From: Amphiscolops sp. MND2022
Taxonomy: Eukaryota
Direction of reading: 5' to 3'
DNA: 64,000 nt
Assembly: GCA_964187785.1 (NCBI GenBank)
Contig: OZ076409.1
Span: forward strand, 25,546,001-25,610,000
Position 1 is the first letter of the stretch; the number at the start of each line of letters is the position of its first letter. Shown here piece after piece: positions 36,261 to 51,050 of the stretch. The notes beneath the pieces were generated by a model. That model had not been told where the DNA came from and did not search any database. It saw only the letters and a program-made list of their open reading frames with translations. A program made the position numbers and the translations under genes.

Positions 36261-38637
36261 AACACCTAGAGCATGGGCAATCTTGTTGTTCCAGTGAGCT
36301 TCGTCACAAGAAAAGTTCAATTTGTAAAAGACAAAAACCTCAAATTGACACAGCACGATCAAAAAGTATGATTTTTTTGTCGTTTTTGATGCAGTTTCTG
36401 TATTTTTTCCGCGAGGTTTCGTTCTAAGTTCCGACACAATCTACTCAACAACAAAAGAGCGACCGACCTATGCGTTACTTGTTTTGAAGTGAACGTTGCA
36501 GCGTTTTGCTTCTAGTACACTTCAGAATGACTCCAAAGAAGTCGAAAATTTTCAACATCTCCGTTTCTGTGCAACTTGTGTACTTTGTGAAATCATTTGG
36601 AGTCAGAATATTGGCAAACGTTCACAAAGACTGAACTCATACTCCAGTAAGTAGGCTTTTAAAGTAATATTTGCAGACTTCCGTTAGAAAATGACTCAAA
36701 ATCGACCGCAAAAAGTCGAAATTGTTGAAATTTTTGTCAATATCAGACATTTTCACTGAAATTTCAATTGAGATTAGAAAGTTTCGGTGGATGAAAACCT
36801 TCGAAAAGCTTCAGATGCTAAAACTTTGTCCGAAGCACGTTTTCAGAAAATTGCCTACTTTATGGTCAAAAGTTTCCTCAGAAAGACACCAATATTGGAA
36901 AAACTGAGAGTTTCCGAGTTTGTTTTTACACTTTCAGGCAGTTCTTTGTACAATTTTTGAGCAACTTGCTTGTATGAAATGGTTTAAGAAACTAACCAAT
37001 GACTAATCCGGATATCTCCAGTAGGCAATTTTGAAGAGATAACTGCAGTTTTTTGTTGGAATTGGCTTGAAAACCCCAAAAATCCGTTAAACAACAAAAA
37101 AGCAAGTTGTTTGACAAACTGATCCCAATTTTTGTTTGATCAAATCTTGATAGTTTTTGAAGAACCTCCAATGACCTGAGCGTTGATACAATAGGGTATT
37201 CAAAACGCAGTTGAGGAAAAAGTTAGATGAAGTTCATCAAGTTTACAACAAAGGTGTCAGAGTTTCCGAACTCTCAATTTCGACAACAGGGTCGCAAATT
37301 TGGGCCCTTTCCGAAAATTTACTTCAATAAGATTTACCATAGAATCAGGATTGAAACGTGTAGCTACCGGTAGTGTTTCAAAAAGATATAAGACATCTTC
37401 GTTTGCCCAACGTTCAAAAATCTAACTTGGAAACGTAAATTTCGGCCTCATTTATTCTATATTGAACATTCAAAAACCTCCAAGCAAAATCACTAGATAT
37501 GGAGTACACATTCCAAAGGAAGATGTTTCGAGCTACTTCATGGGTTAGAATGGTGTAAACATTCAACAACAGCTAAACTCGGTGTCCAGTAGGCTTAATT
37601 TTGAAGAGACCTCTGTAGATTCATGTTAGAAAAGTTCCTCAAATTGACCTCAAAGTTTTCAAAACTATTTCCAGTTTTTGACACTTGTGGTGAAACTATG
37701 TGCAATAATATAACAAATCGGGATCGTTCATCTTTCCTAACTTTGCAAAGGACCTAGTTTCACGTTTCACGCTTTTACCATTTTCTCGCTGTCAAAAATT
37801 ACCTCAATAAATACGCCTGAGACTAGGAAAATTTCTTTGCCCACCAGGAATCACAAAAACTCCATTTTTTAAATCTTTTTACGGTAAATTTCTTTGATGG
37901 CGAACTAATGTTCTCAAGCAGCAATCAGCTATGATAGCAAGAGTGAACTCTTTGACCAAATGAAATTTTCGGAATGATGCAGAGAGCCGAAAATCTGAAA
38001 TGAGGTAATTTCCACAATCAAGAAAAAACCTCGTCAGTTCCATATGATCAAAAGTAACAAAGAAGTCACTCTGACTACTCGGGAAACCTATTTCCGTTAC
38101 AGAAGAGCTCAAAAATCAAAAATTGTCAGGAAATGATTTTCGAAATTTGTTTTCAAAACAATTATGAAAATTTTCTCTTTTTTCGGTAAGTCCATTACGA
38201 TACATATGCCGCAAAAGTGGAATTTATCATCAAGTGTGAAGAATATTTTCCGTCGAACGAAAGCAAACCGTATTCTAGGCAAACAGTGCATCGTGCTCAT
38301 CGCGGATTGTGATGCACAGTGTAATCAGAAATTGCGGATATTGGTCATTGAGCGTAATTAGAGGAAAGTGGAAACAAGCAGAGAATTTTGGTACACACCG
38401 TGAGTAAAGATAACTCCAAACGATGTTTCCATTCGTGTGTGAAGTGGAAACCAGTCAAAGTACGTAACTGTAGAGAGTGTAAAGTAGTTTGTACTGTATT
38501 TTGATCACTACGCGTAACGCCGAATCACACAGTGTAACGAGCAAAACTCGTAACGCGTATCTGAAATAATAACGCGTTTTTATTGGCTGTTAATCGAACT
38601 AGCAAGATCTTGCTAGTTGGTTGCGGCATATGTATCT
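35802..38637. mobile_element. TIR-element family: ~200-bp inverted copies at 35802-36006 and 38436-38637, plus an extra terminus at about 38199
   Basis: gatacatatgccgca termini and an internal palindrome aactagcaagatcttgctagtt. Confidence 0.7.
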
Positions 38638-39795
38638 TAGTGTCGAAAAAACGAGAAGTGGCCAGCTATCGCAGAAATTAAAATTAGAAATTAGGGGTTG
38701 CCTTTAAAACGGGCTAAGATTAAACGAAGCTTCTTTGCGTTTTAATAGTGCATTGGCTGTTCTTGAGCCTCAAATTTATTTATTTGTAGAACAGATTGGG
38801 GCAGGAAATATTTCGCTGCTCAGCGGGCGTCTTGTTACAAAAAGTGCCCGACTCTTACAGAGGCAAGATTTTACGTAAGAACACAGACCTCACACTAAAT
38901 GGTCCACTTTTTCTGGATTTTGCGCCTTAATTCTAATGGTACAGTAAAACCAAGGAGGCTAAGAGGTATTTTTGTCAGTTTTTCATAGTTTCATAGCATT
39001 TACCGTATCTTCGAAACTGAGACCAAAACGTATCCCTTTAGGGTTTTTACGGTACTGTGTAATATTTTTTGAAGTTTTCCAACAATTTTTTTTTATTTTT
39101 CAGTTATAGGGAAACGTTTTCTGAGCACGAAAACACCCTAAGCTAATTTTTAAGTTTTCCGTTTTTTAAGCCTTAGAGGGCGCCGAGTTGACAATTCCCG
39201 TTTCATTTAACATTGCATTGTTTTATTGTTTTCAAAAAATTTATGTTCACCTGGGGTCAATTTATTCTTACGAAAAGTTAATTTGTGTTTCTCGGCTGGT
39301 TTTCAGTCGGGGCTTTTGTAGAAAGACCAGGCTATAGTTGAGACTTTTTTCCGTTTTTTATTTTAAAGACCGACGAAGTGACAGATATTATAAGCTGTTT
39401 TATAAGCTGTTGCTTAGTTACGTCTACTGCCTCTTGGCTCAGAGGTTAATTCGAATTTTTTGAGGCCTGAGAAAAAGAAGGACGAGGATTCGAATTTCTG
39501 TTTCTGAAAATTCGATTTTTTCAGTCAGTGGCCCATCACGCTATATCCGAATTTTAATTTTTTTAAGAACGGCGGTTTTTCTGTGCGACTTTTTTCTGTC
39601 ACTAACAACACCCCCCAACGACACCAATTTTTGGAAAAAAATTGGTGAAAATCATTATTTAAAAAAGATTTCAATACAAACCACAAACGTTCATTTTCAA
39701 ATTTACTATTAGGATGACAGTTGAAAATGAGACAAGAGGCCCGCTAAGCACCGGGGTATTTTCCTCCCTTTTCGCCTTCATCACTTGAGCCATAG

Positions 39796-39957
39796 CTATT
39801 TTGGGAGGGGAATAGGATCTAAATAATAACTAAATTTAGTGATTTTAGATCTTATTCCCTTTAGATCTTATTCCCGTCCTGAAATTTTAGATCTTATTCC
39901 CTTTGGATCTTAATCCCATTTTTACTTTAGAGCTTATTCCCCCTCCTACTAAAATAG
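39796..39957. mobile_element. Small MITE-like element with internal tagatcttattccc repeats
   Basis: ctattttgggaggggaatag ... ttattccccctcctactaaaatag inverted ends. Confidence 0.6.
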
Positions 39958-42900
39958 TCAAGTAATTAAATAGTCGAGTGACTGTAGTTAAGTCAGTGAT
40001 GGAGCGTGGAGATTTGGCAGAATTTGGAAAAAAACGCAACACAAATGATGATTTTCCTCCCCATTGAAAATGTGGGTCGGAAAATAATAAAAGCGTCGTT
40101 CACACTGTTTTTGTCTATGAAGTCACGTGTTCTTGATGAAGAAACCAATAGATTCCTGCTTCGAGTAAAAAAACAGTGAAAAGGAACATAAATAATCATA
40201 ATGTGTGAAAAATGTTTTACTTAAACAAAAAACTATTACAATAGAAGGTAACTTCCTGTCCCGAAAGAAGGTTTTACATTCAATTAGGCTAGCCTGAAGT
40301 TTTTACATCAAATTAATTTTCAAAACTTTATGTAACATGAAAAAAAAACGTTTCAATTATTGCCACAAAACCCTTGTTTCTTGATCTATCCACTCAAGGA
40401 AAATAATTCTGAAGTTAAAAAGTCTCCTTGAAAATTTTGAAACATGTTTGTCACCATTCAGATCACGCAACGTAACAATCATCTGTAGCTCTTCAAACTG
40501 AACAATAGTAAAACATATTTCTGACATTTGTTTCGATGGGATAGTTGTATATCCGAATTGTAACGGCTTTTTCCATTATCTTTCGCTGACGCTTGACAAG
40601 CTTCACGCCTCCCTTATTGAGTAGCGTGGACTGCTATTGAAAAACGCTGGTTTTCGTGTTTGTAAAGGACTGTAGCTTTTAGCTAGTGGACCCGATGCTA
40701 CTCGTAGGATCTCCTGCGACCCCGCTTTGCACTAGGGCGATCGTCTGACATCAGTCACAATCTTTCCACTATGTATCTTCACGCGCTGCAACTCTCCAAC
40801 TATGAGATTAGCTACTTGTTCGCTCTAACTTTTTAGCGAAAATCCGTAAAATAAGACGTTAGTTAGTCCTTTGACGCGAGACTAAACATGACTATTCAGT
40901 CGTTAAAATCTCCAACCTGTCCTGGTGTATACCTGTTTTACACTCATTCAGTGAATATAAATCGAAATAGTTGTATAAATTAATTACATTTGAGGTATAG
41001 CAAGAAGTCATTGGCTAAGTAAGCAAACCATGTGGGGTATTTGGCATGTTTGTTAGGTGGGCTCGTATCCATGTTTACACAATGTGAATGTCATCGATTT
41101 CAACAGAGTTACATTCTAGCAAGGTCATATAGGTAAATAACAAAGTTTACAATTTTGCTCACTGACCTTGAACACCCCACATATGAGGGATACAGGGGAT
41201 TATTATGTGTGAATGAGGGCCCTTTCCAACTCGGGCGAGGTGCTCTTGTTAGGTACCTGCATACGCGTGACAAGTTTCAAGTCTTAAGTCTTTACGATTA
41301 ATGGTCGTAGAGAAAACCCAAATGTTGGGATTTCGATTTTATGGAGATTGGATTTTTCTAGCTTTTCATCTAAGTTTCTAAGAGTTCTGAGTAATAAGTT
41401 TCATCGGAGTATTCCAATTTTAATTTCTTGTCTTGCAATTGACTGGAGCTAACATGAAATGTTGACATTATTCCCTATGTATTTGACCTTGAAACATGTA
41501 ACCTAATGTTCAAATTGTTTCCTTTTTACACCTTCACTCGTTTGCAAAATCGACTACTTCTGATTTGCGACAAAACGTATTCAACGAGGAAAATGTTGTT
41601 TATCCAAACTTATAGCTTCCCTGAAATAGTTCATATGAACAAGCCGGGAACATGCCCGCTCAAGTTTCTTAGATATTCAAGGATATTGTTGAATTTTTAT
41701 CAAACTTTTGGTTCCGAAAATAACCCGAAGGTATACGCATAACCACGGAAGCCATTTTTCCCCAAAGGAAAACAAAAAACCCTCTTTTGGAAAATTAATT
41801 CTTGGAAAGTTCATGTCGGGAAAAAAGTCTAATAGTGCAGAAAAAGGATATTTGAACTCACAAAACTCTTTTCTCAAGCTGCAAACTGAAAGCGAACTTG
41901 GTTCACTTTGACCACAAAAATTGTCTTATCAAAAAGTCGCAAAGTGCCGAAAACTCCCATAGGTCATTTTCACAAATTTTGAGTAATCATTCATTCGTTT
42001 CACGGACCAAATTATGATCAATAAGGTCATCTTTTTGACTCAGAAAAGTGTTTTTCCCTAAGAAAATTTCAAAAACCGAAAATTGGGGGGTTTTTATAGA
42101 AAATTTCAATGGCAAGTTTTTTTTCTAGTTTTTGGTAAGTTTCCTTGTGCAGAAAAACTGCAGCTGGCTCTATGCTCGCAAAACGCTTTTTTCCTGCCGA
42201 AAACCAAGAGGAACACTTCCACCAAGAGGAAATTGTAACGGCTTTCGAACTTCCGCTTCATCGTTAGTGAAACTCAATTTATTTGTGATATAACATTACG
42301 AGACACAACCCAGTAACGAACTGGCAGGATACTGCTAGTTCGATTTTTGTCCAATCAGAGCGCAAATAATTTTTTTGAAAAATTTACACTTGTCACACAT
42401 TACATGCATTGATAAGTCATTACAATACTTGACACAGCTTTGTATATTGACCAGTTTACACCAGCGGAAATTACAGTAATTGACTAGTTTACACCAAACA
42501 TCGATTCTACGCGATTTAACTACTCATAATCACACGTGGTTCTCGTAATTGCGGGTTGTTCTGATAACTACACTGATCGATTTATATTTACACTGTTTGA
42601 TTAGCATACACAGGATGAATCAGTCAATACCGTACATAAGTAGTACATATGTAGAACAGTGCTAATGAAAGTGCTCACAACAGGGACCAAATTTAGATAG
42701 TTCAATGAATCGGTGACCGATCGATCGACAGGCAGTTCATACGTACAAACGTATTTGTACTTAATTCATAATTTCACGATTAATAATAAACATGATTTTG
42801 TTTTCCGTAGAAATCCATTTGACTTTGTTTTCATTTTGAACTCTTAGAAGATTAGATTTCAAAAAAGTAGACTGCATACTTACCGGAAGAACATTTTCTT

Positions 42901-43385
42901 CAAAAAACCAAGCAAACAAGTCAAAAGAGGTACGTAAACCAAAAATCTGAAACAATTGATGACTTAAGTATAAAACTAGTTTGGCAAGTTTGTTGCTTAT
43001 CTCGTTTTTTTTTCATTCACGAGAACCAGTACTGTTTGTGATCTTTTTTGTGAGTCATACCGAAGCACGACCCAAAATTACACAAGGAAAAGTGATTCAC
43101 AATTCAACAATACATAAGTCAACTTAGAGAAACAATTTTGACCTAAACTTCTTTATTTCGGTAATACAGCTTGGTTTAAAAGAAGGATATCAACCAGTCT
43201 TTTTTTCAATGTATAAAAGTCCACAAAAACAAAGAAGGGTGTTTCGAAGAAACTTACAAATTGACAAATGAACATAAACTTTGGTCACAAAGATAAATCA
43301 TATGATATACCAAATCTTCGAGACAACAAATTGAATTGTACTTGAAAAATATAATTCTAAAATTCCAAAATTACCAAACTTTGGA

Positions 43386-43455
43386 CTGTATTCCGGTATC
43401 GAACCAGCGATCTCATGATTGGAAGTCTAGCGTGCACCCTCTATGCTATGTCGCC
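43386..43455 (-). other. tRNA-derived fragment (SINE head or tRNA pseudogene)
   Basis: Minus strand: box A-like TAGCATAGAGG and box B GGTTCGATACC at tRNA spacing; acceptor and anticodon stems do not pair. Confidence 0.5.
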
Positions 43456-46400
43456 TTGTCATTGATCGGTTCGATTTTGTTCTTATTTGCAAACGAAATT
43501 ACTATGCAGCAATGACGTCATTGGTTCTAGGCCTCAAAGTAAGCACGTCAGCGTCACTTTAGTAAACTTCTAAAAATGTAGTATTAAAAAGGATTAACGT
43601 TAACTTACGTTTAACAAATAAATGAAAATTGTAAGATAACCCATTTATTATTTTGAATAACTCTAACCATGATGACATATTAAATTTGTTTTTGAGGTCA
43701 AAACAATTGAACTCATTGTTTCATGATTCAATAACAAAGATGTTTTTGTTTTCCGGAAAAATCCATTTGATTTTAGTTTAATTTTGACAAACTTTCAGGT
43801 TTCTAAGCTATTTTGTTGATGATGCTCACATTAGATTATTTACCTACTTTTATTTATTGGGGGGGGGGTCCATGTGGGAATTTCCGCGGAATAAGCACGA
43901 GGTCTTATGCTGAAACGATATGAAGGAAATCTTTATCAGGGTTGTGTGCATAGAATCATCCAGTCAGTGTGATGTTGGCAGGAATCGATCAGGTGGTACT
44001 AGCTTCGAATACCCACGGGACTTATCAACTGAGACACCATCCCATCTACGCCGTTGCTTTGAGCACATAGATAAATTCTGGGAACATATGTACGGTGTTC
44101 GAATCTTTAAGTTTTCATTTATTGACGAACATTCATTTGATTGGTTAACAATTGTAATTTAATTCACAGTTTGAAAAATTCTTCTATTTGAACCAGGTGT
44201 TTTACTTTGAAAAAAGGCAACAGGAGGTTATGCACGAAAAAACCCGTGGACCATGTCATCTTTTCCCCACAGGTACACCTTGTTGGGAATCCCCCAACAC
44301 GAAAGCACATTTTCTCCTTGAACAAAAATATTTCACAAACTAAAGATTGTATATACTTAGAGGATTGTCTCTAAAACTGTTTGGACACCTCAGTTGGAAA
44401 AAATACCAAAACTTTTTGATATTTTTGACCAAAGTAGCAAAATTCATGTTTGGAACAAGCTAAAACAATAAGTAGGCCGAAATATTTGAGCCTTCTGTTT
44501 TAATTCCTTCCCAGGTGGAAAATAGATGCCATGGTCCAACCCCGTTGTTTGGTTTACTCTTACCAGGTCTAACCCCCAAGTCAGACCGTCGCACAGAGGG
44601 GGGTCAACAAAATACAAATACCTTTATGTCGACATAACACGGAGTTGACAGAAAAGAAACAATCATTGAAGCAACTGTATGGAATACTGAAACTTCCGAA
44701 GTATCGACTTTTTGTAGAGAAAAAAAAACGACAAACGCCATTATTTTGACATCATGGGGGTTGGTTTTGGGATAAAAAGCGTGGTTTTTCTGGGGGGAAT
44801 GAAGTATATGGTCGAGAATTTAAATTTATTTCAATGTTTCATGATTGTTTTTCCTTGAATGTTTGAAATCGGATTGATAAATATTCATTGGTACAGGCTA
44901 TTTGTAAAAACTTTTTCTCATTGTTGCTCACAACAAGTATTAAAATTGATAACTGTAAATACCCTGGCACAAAATTCCCTGACCAGAATAACCCTGTTCA
45001 TCAATTCGTTGTTGATCAATCATTCCGGTGACACAAGCTTTGCTCACGACAGGGATCAAAATTAAAGATAGTGTTGATGCAACTATTGATGAGGGATGCT
45101 TTGATATAATTGGTACTACAAGGTAGTGATACTAATTAAGAGCTCCAAGGTATATCCTATGTAGATTTATATGATTATTTGCAGGAAAAATGTATGGACA
45201 AAATACCTGCGCAATGCGATTTTTTCGTACTATGTACTGTACTGCTCGGTAATAATTAACTATTGAATGAATCATTGTTTAACTTGACTGATGTATGATG
45301 TGGTGGTATGAATTGGAATTGAAATGAACACTGAAGATTGAATACATATCAACATGGTGTGAGTTAGTCAAACTTTGACCACATTCCATTTTCGCAAATT
45401 GCAGATCGCTATACTTGAAATAAGTGGAAGTTAGTCAAAGTTTGACTGAATTATGAAAAAGTGTATTTTTGGACTAACTTCCACTTTTCACTAAATACGC
45501 GCTTTGACTAGTTTACACTATTTTTCATTACGCGCGTTGACCCAGCTACACTCTCCAGGCATAGACCGTCTTGATTAACTTACGCTGGTTGACCATTTTA
45601 CGGAATCAACAGATTACGCTGCGTGACCGAAATCTACTTTATCGGGATGTGTCTCGTAATGAACGTGCTGGGACAAATGGGAGCACGTTTTTGAACCTCT
45701 GCTTCCGTAAAACGCAAAATAGGTCGGATATAACGTCAAAAGTTCCGATATAGCGCAATATTATCCCCTTCTCTTCTAGTGAAACGCAACTCACTTCGGA
45801 TATAACGTCAACAATTTTAATATAGCCTACTAGCTAGGTTAACGATCTGTTTTCCGTAAAAGTGGACGGATCAAAGATCAATGGAGAAAAAAACTAGCCA
45901 TTGTTGAATCGTGCTTTTCTCTGAGAACGCTGACTAAAATTGAGAAGATAAGCGTAGTTATTCGTATTTCTAAACTATCCTCTAAGACCCTGTATACAAA
46001 TGTGCATCAGCTGGCTTCTAGATCATAAGATGCATTCAATTAAGACTAATCCGTTGCGTTTTCGTTATCATACAATTGAGTCTTGTGAGTTCTGTATTGC
46101 TTGCAATGGCCTCTTAAAACAAAATGCAAAAAATATCGAGGTGCCACTGCGCTTATTGTTCTAGTGAATTTCAGCCTAATTAGGTTGAGGAAGTGGAATA
46201 TTAGAAAATTGAGTCCAAAAGCGTAATTTGTGGAACCTATTTATGCTCTTGTTTTTTACTTGCAGATTCAGGTCCGTACCGTGGCCTATATTTCTCAATG
46301 AGTTCTTTGATTTTCCCGATTCTAATCTGTGAGAAAATATTTTCTTGTAAAGTACGTCTAAATTTTCAAACAAAAAAGTTGTAGAGGTCATACCAGCATT

Positions 46401-47162
46401 AAATTATCTTGAATGAACTCGGTTGAGCTGAAAGGTAACAGCATAACCTAATGACTCTTGAAAATCACACAAGGGCAATAAAGATGTACACTGTTTCTGA
46501 ACTGCTACAATTAAAGTCATTGAGGGGTTACACGTTTATCATACTACCATCGATGTCCTAAAAAGAATCGGTATCATGGTTTCAGGCAAGTACTGCAATC
46601 GCTGGTGAACTTCTTGAGTTCTGTATCACTCGGGTTATTAACTAATAGCAACATGGTCACCAGCTTGTGAAGAATCTAAGAAAGCTTGTGAAGAATCCAG
46701 AAAGCTTTGAAGAATTGACGAAAAACGAAGAATCTTCACATCAATTGTTAAACATGGGAGCCAAATACTATTATTATTGTGAAGAATCCACAAAACCATT
46801 TCCTCATTTCTTGAAAATTTCTTGAAAATGTATATTATTGTGTGAATTCTTCGGCCAAATTGGTGGCACTTTGAAGTGCACTTTAACCTCATTTCTTGAA
46901 AACACATTTTGGTAGTCACAAAAGCCAATTTTCCTCAATTCTTAAAAAAACAATGTTCCCGGATTGGCGTCGTAATGGTAATGACTTAGATTTGATATCT
47001 TGTGTGACTTGTCCATAAGTAATCCCAGACGATTCTCAAACAACCTAAGATGAGTGGACTGCTCTAACAAACTATTGTATCAGTAAAAAGACTTGCTGTA
47101 GTAATCCTTGTCGACCATTGAGACAAAATAACAAAAGACCACAACATGGTATGATATGTCAT

Positions 47163-50100
47163 TGAAGTAGACTGTTGATAAACAACTTTATATCAATCAC
47201 CGTTGCTACTTTTAGTTTGAACTTATTATCATTATTGTTTACTAACAACTACACAACCCTTAATCAAAAGCTGATATCATTACAGTAAACTTTCAGCTAG
47301 AGTAAACATTGATCTTAACTTCTTTTCTCGAGCCTATCTTAGAATTACTTCATGGCGCAGTCAGCAAGATAATTATCCAAAGATGAAAGATGGACAACCA
47401 TTCTTTACGGTGACGGTATTGGTTAACAACCGTCCAATCAAATTTATAATAGACAGCGGATCACCGGTCACTCTGATACCAAAACAAAAATTCAACGGTA
47501 TTACAACAATATACCCGTTGAACGAAGAATACCGAGATGTAAACAATAACAAAATTAAATTCGAAAGAAAAACAATGGCAAACATCGAGAAAAGAAAAAA
47601 TTGGAATTACTGATCACCACAAAAAGAACGAACCCACTACTTGGATTAGACAGGATGAAACATCTGGGAATAAGCGTAAACATCGAGAAACCAAATACAA
47701 AAATACAAAACATTCAAGAAGATCCAGATATCACGGACTTGAAGAAAAAATTCAAAAAACTATTCCATGAGAACAAAACCGTGAAAGGAATAGAAGTAGA
47801 CATCCAACTTAAACCAAATGCAAAATTGATGCAACAAAAAGGCCGACCGATACCGATTCACCAACAACCGGCAGTCGGTAAAGAAATTGAAAAGCTAACG
47901 GAGAACGGCCATATCGAAAAAGCTACCGATATCGACAAAAACTGCTTCGTCAGCCCAGCCGTTATCAAACGACAAAACGATAAAAACGTCAAAAACGACA
48001 AAACGATAAAAATCGGTTTAGACTCACGGAAACTCAACGAAATCACCGTGAAAAGGAAAGCGCAAATGCCAAACGTGGAGGAATTAATATCCAGAATATC
48101 CAGAAAAATCGCTGACGGAGAAGAAGACGAGATATGGATATCAAAATTCGACCTGGACTATGCATACGGTCAACTACCGTTATCAAAAAACGCAAGGGAC
48201 CTATGCATATTTGCGGTAACCTGAGGGAACTTTACCGGTTACTATCGATTCCTCAAAGGCTTCTACGGCTTGGCGGACATCTCGACCATATTCCAAGAAA
48301 AGATTGACCAAACACTGGAGAACAAACATCCGGCGTGGTTAGATGACATATTAGTAGTCCCCAAAGGGACGAAAGAACAACACAAGCGCGAGTTAATAGA
48401 CGTATTAACAAAACTAGAAAAAGCTGGATATAGACTGAGCGAAAACAAAACCGAATTTTTTAAATCGGAAGTAGAATGGGTGGGACACAAAATTGACCAA
48501 AACTGTATCAGACCGTTGCAAGATAAACTCAAAGCCATACAAGAATTAAAGGAACCAAAGAACGAAAAAGAACTGAAACCCTTTCTGGGGGCAATTCAAT
48601 ACTTGTCAAAATATATTGAAAATTTGTCAGCCCAAACGGATTTACTGAGACAATTACTGAAAAAAAATACCGAATGGATCTGGACACCAGAACATTCCGA
48701 AGCATTTACACAATTGAAAAATAAAATCACGGAGATACCGTGTCTAGCACACTACAACTCCAATCTACCGAACACAATAACAACAGACGCCAGTACGAAA
48801 GGCCTGGGCGCAACACTCTGGCAGGAACAACATAACGGCGAACTAAAACCGATAGCATTTGCAAGCAGATTTCTATCGGACACCGAAAAGAAATACGCCA
48901 TCAATGAACTAGAATTATTGGCGGTCGTATTGGGCTTAGAACACTTCCGTTTATATATATACGGTAAACCGATAAAATTGCTGACCGATCACCACGCTCT
49001 CGAATTAAACGCAACCGCTCAAATAAAACATACAGCGCCCGTTTAACTAGATTGCTGGACCGATTAGCAAACTTCACAATCAACGTGAATCACATCGCGG
49101 GAAAGCATTTAGCCTTAACGGACTACTTAAGTAGAAATTCAAACGCACCGCCACAACAAGATGAAGCGTACGAAGAAGAGTAGATTAACAGCTTAGTACC
49201 GCACTACGAATTTGTTTCAAAAGTTGGTTGCCTTAGCAACCACTTCGTCCAATCACACGCACACAGCGAAACGTCAAAAGGAACGAAAACAAACAAACAG
49301 CCGTCAACGGAACGCACACGTGAACAAAACGCCATTAATAGCATTGACCGCACCGCAACAAGCAGCACAAATTGTCAAAATCAGACAGAATTTAAAACAA
49401 TGGATGCTAAAACAATGGACAATTTGGAACGAATCGACAACTCCCAAGAAACAACAGACCTGATAGAGCGGTGGCGAAATATAGTGAAGCCAGGAATATA
49501 CCGACTCTCAAACGGTAAATGGAAAAATACCTTGAACCGAAATTCTTACGCGGAGAAAGACGAGACATAGAAGAAAAACTTTCCGAAATAATCAGGAGAC
49601 TAGAAAGCCCGGCCAGGGAAATTCGAAACCGGCCACATCAAAAACGGTATACCAAAAACGATAAGAACGGACGAGGCAACAGCCTTTACCGGACGACAAT
49701 TTAGAGAATTCCGCAAAAACAAGTTCATAAAACTAATATACGGGACACCGTATATACACACCCCTACCGGCATAGTAGAACGAGGAGTACGTACTCTGAA
49801 AGAAAACCTAACTAAAATTAAAGACGGAAAACCATTTGGAAAAGCATTGGACTTAGCACTAAATGTGATGTGAACTACACCACACACTAGGCTAAGAAAA
49901 TCCGCTTTCCAATTACACTTTGGCAGAGAGCCAAACACGGAATGGAGTAATATGTTGAAACTAGACAAAACTAAATCGATAACCAATAATTTCATTTCAG
50001 CACGGCCAGATACCCTACAGGTATACACATTCAGTGGAGAAGGCGGTAGTTCCGACCATCTACCAATGAAACAAAAGAGAAAAGGAGCAAAAACGGTAAG

Positions 50101-51050
50101 TAAATACCCGTTTCAATTCTTCGAACGAAACAATCAAAAGGGAAAAATCGAAAGCCCATATTCAGAAAACCTACAAACGGCAGTCACGGGAACGAAACAC
50201 ACCGTGACCACTTCAGAAAATAAACCACCGTAAATTGATTAACAAACCTTTTATTACATTTGAACAGGAACCAACAAACAGAGGGACGGGCCCAAGAGGA
50301 CCAGACGGGAGATTTCCCAAGAAACAAGACAAATCAAAACACTCCCCCGAAAAATCCCCATCAGAAGAAGATCTGGACACCAGCCCAGAACCGCCCACCA
50401 CTAAATGGACAAGCACAATCGGCAGGGGACGGCCACGGACAACGCGAGAAAGTACATCGCCAGACAATACACCGGGTCAACAAAACAATACAGGAACTGG
50501 AATGCTCACAATTATTTCAAACCAAATGTCGGAGTTCGACATTGACCAAACAATAAAAGATTCCACACAATCAGGACAAGAAATCCAAATCAGAGACGAC
50601 TCCGGTAAGGTAACATTTTATAACAACAAAAAAACAGAAAACAAGCTAGACACATCAGAACTAGAATTAGTAAGTAACTTAAGCTCTAGCACCGAAATAA
50701 AAAATGACTTAGAACAACTAGAAAATGCTAACCTACGCCGGTCAAAGAGGCAAACAATAACAAACCCAATTGTTAGACTAAATAACCCAGTTAACCAATC
50801 TGATTACAGGAAACACGGTAAAACGACTCAAGGCGCTTGAACCGTAACCTAGAGTGGAGGAACTAGAACAGCGAATATAATCTGGGACCTAGATCTCCGC
50901 GGCCCTAGCTCATTTTCCCTCCGAAGGAGCCAGTCCCAAGGTGGGGGAACCGTCTCGTTGGATACTCTCTGGCCTGGTCCTAGTCTGCAACTGCTAAAAG
51001 TAACAGGCATCTTGCATGACTCAAGACTACTGCTCAACTAGCCTTTAAAA
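47163..51050 (+). mobile_element. Decayed, internally deleted Ty3/Gypsy element (Mag-like); probable 5' LTR 47163-47352; no gag; 3' LTR not seen
   Basis: TGAAGTA...TACTTCA termini, then PBS TGGCGCAGTCAGCAAGAT. Protease FIIDSGS, RT (QMPN, FDLDYAY, WLDD), RNase H (DAS..GLGA, ELELLAVV), integrase core (GIPKTIRTD, GIVERGVR), with stops and frameshifts. Right boundary approximate. Confidence 0.9.

Noticed and set aside
43386..43455. Functional tRNA-Gly(TCC)
   Set aside because: A and B boxes are present but the acceptor and anticodon stems do not pair.
40500..46500. Recurring gac(t/c)agtttacac motifs suggesting a Polinton or other large transposon remnant
   Set aside because: No supporting ORF or defined termini; cannot be classified from the sequence alone.
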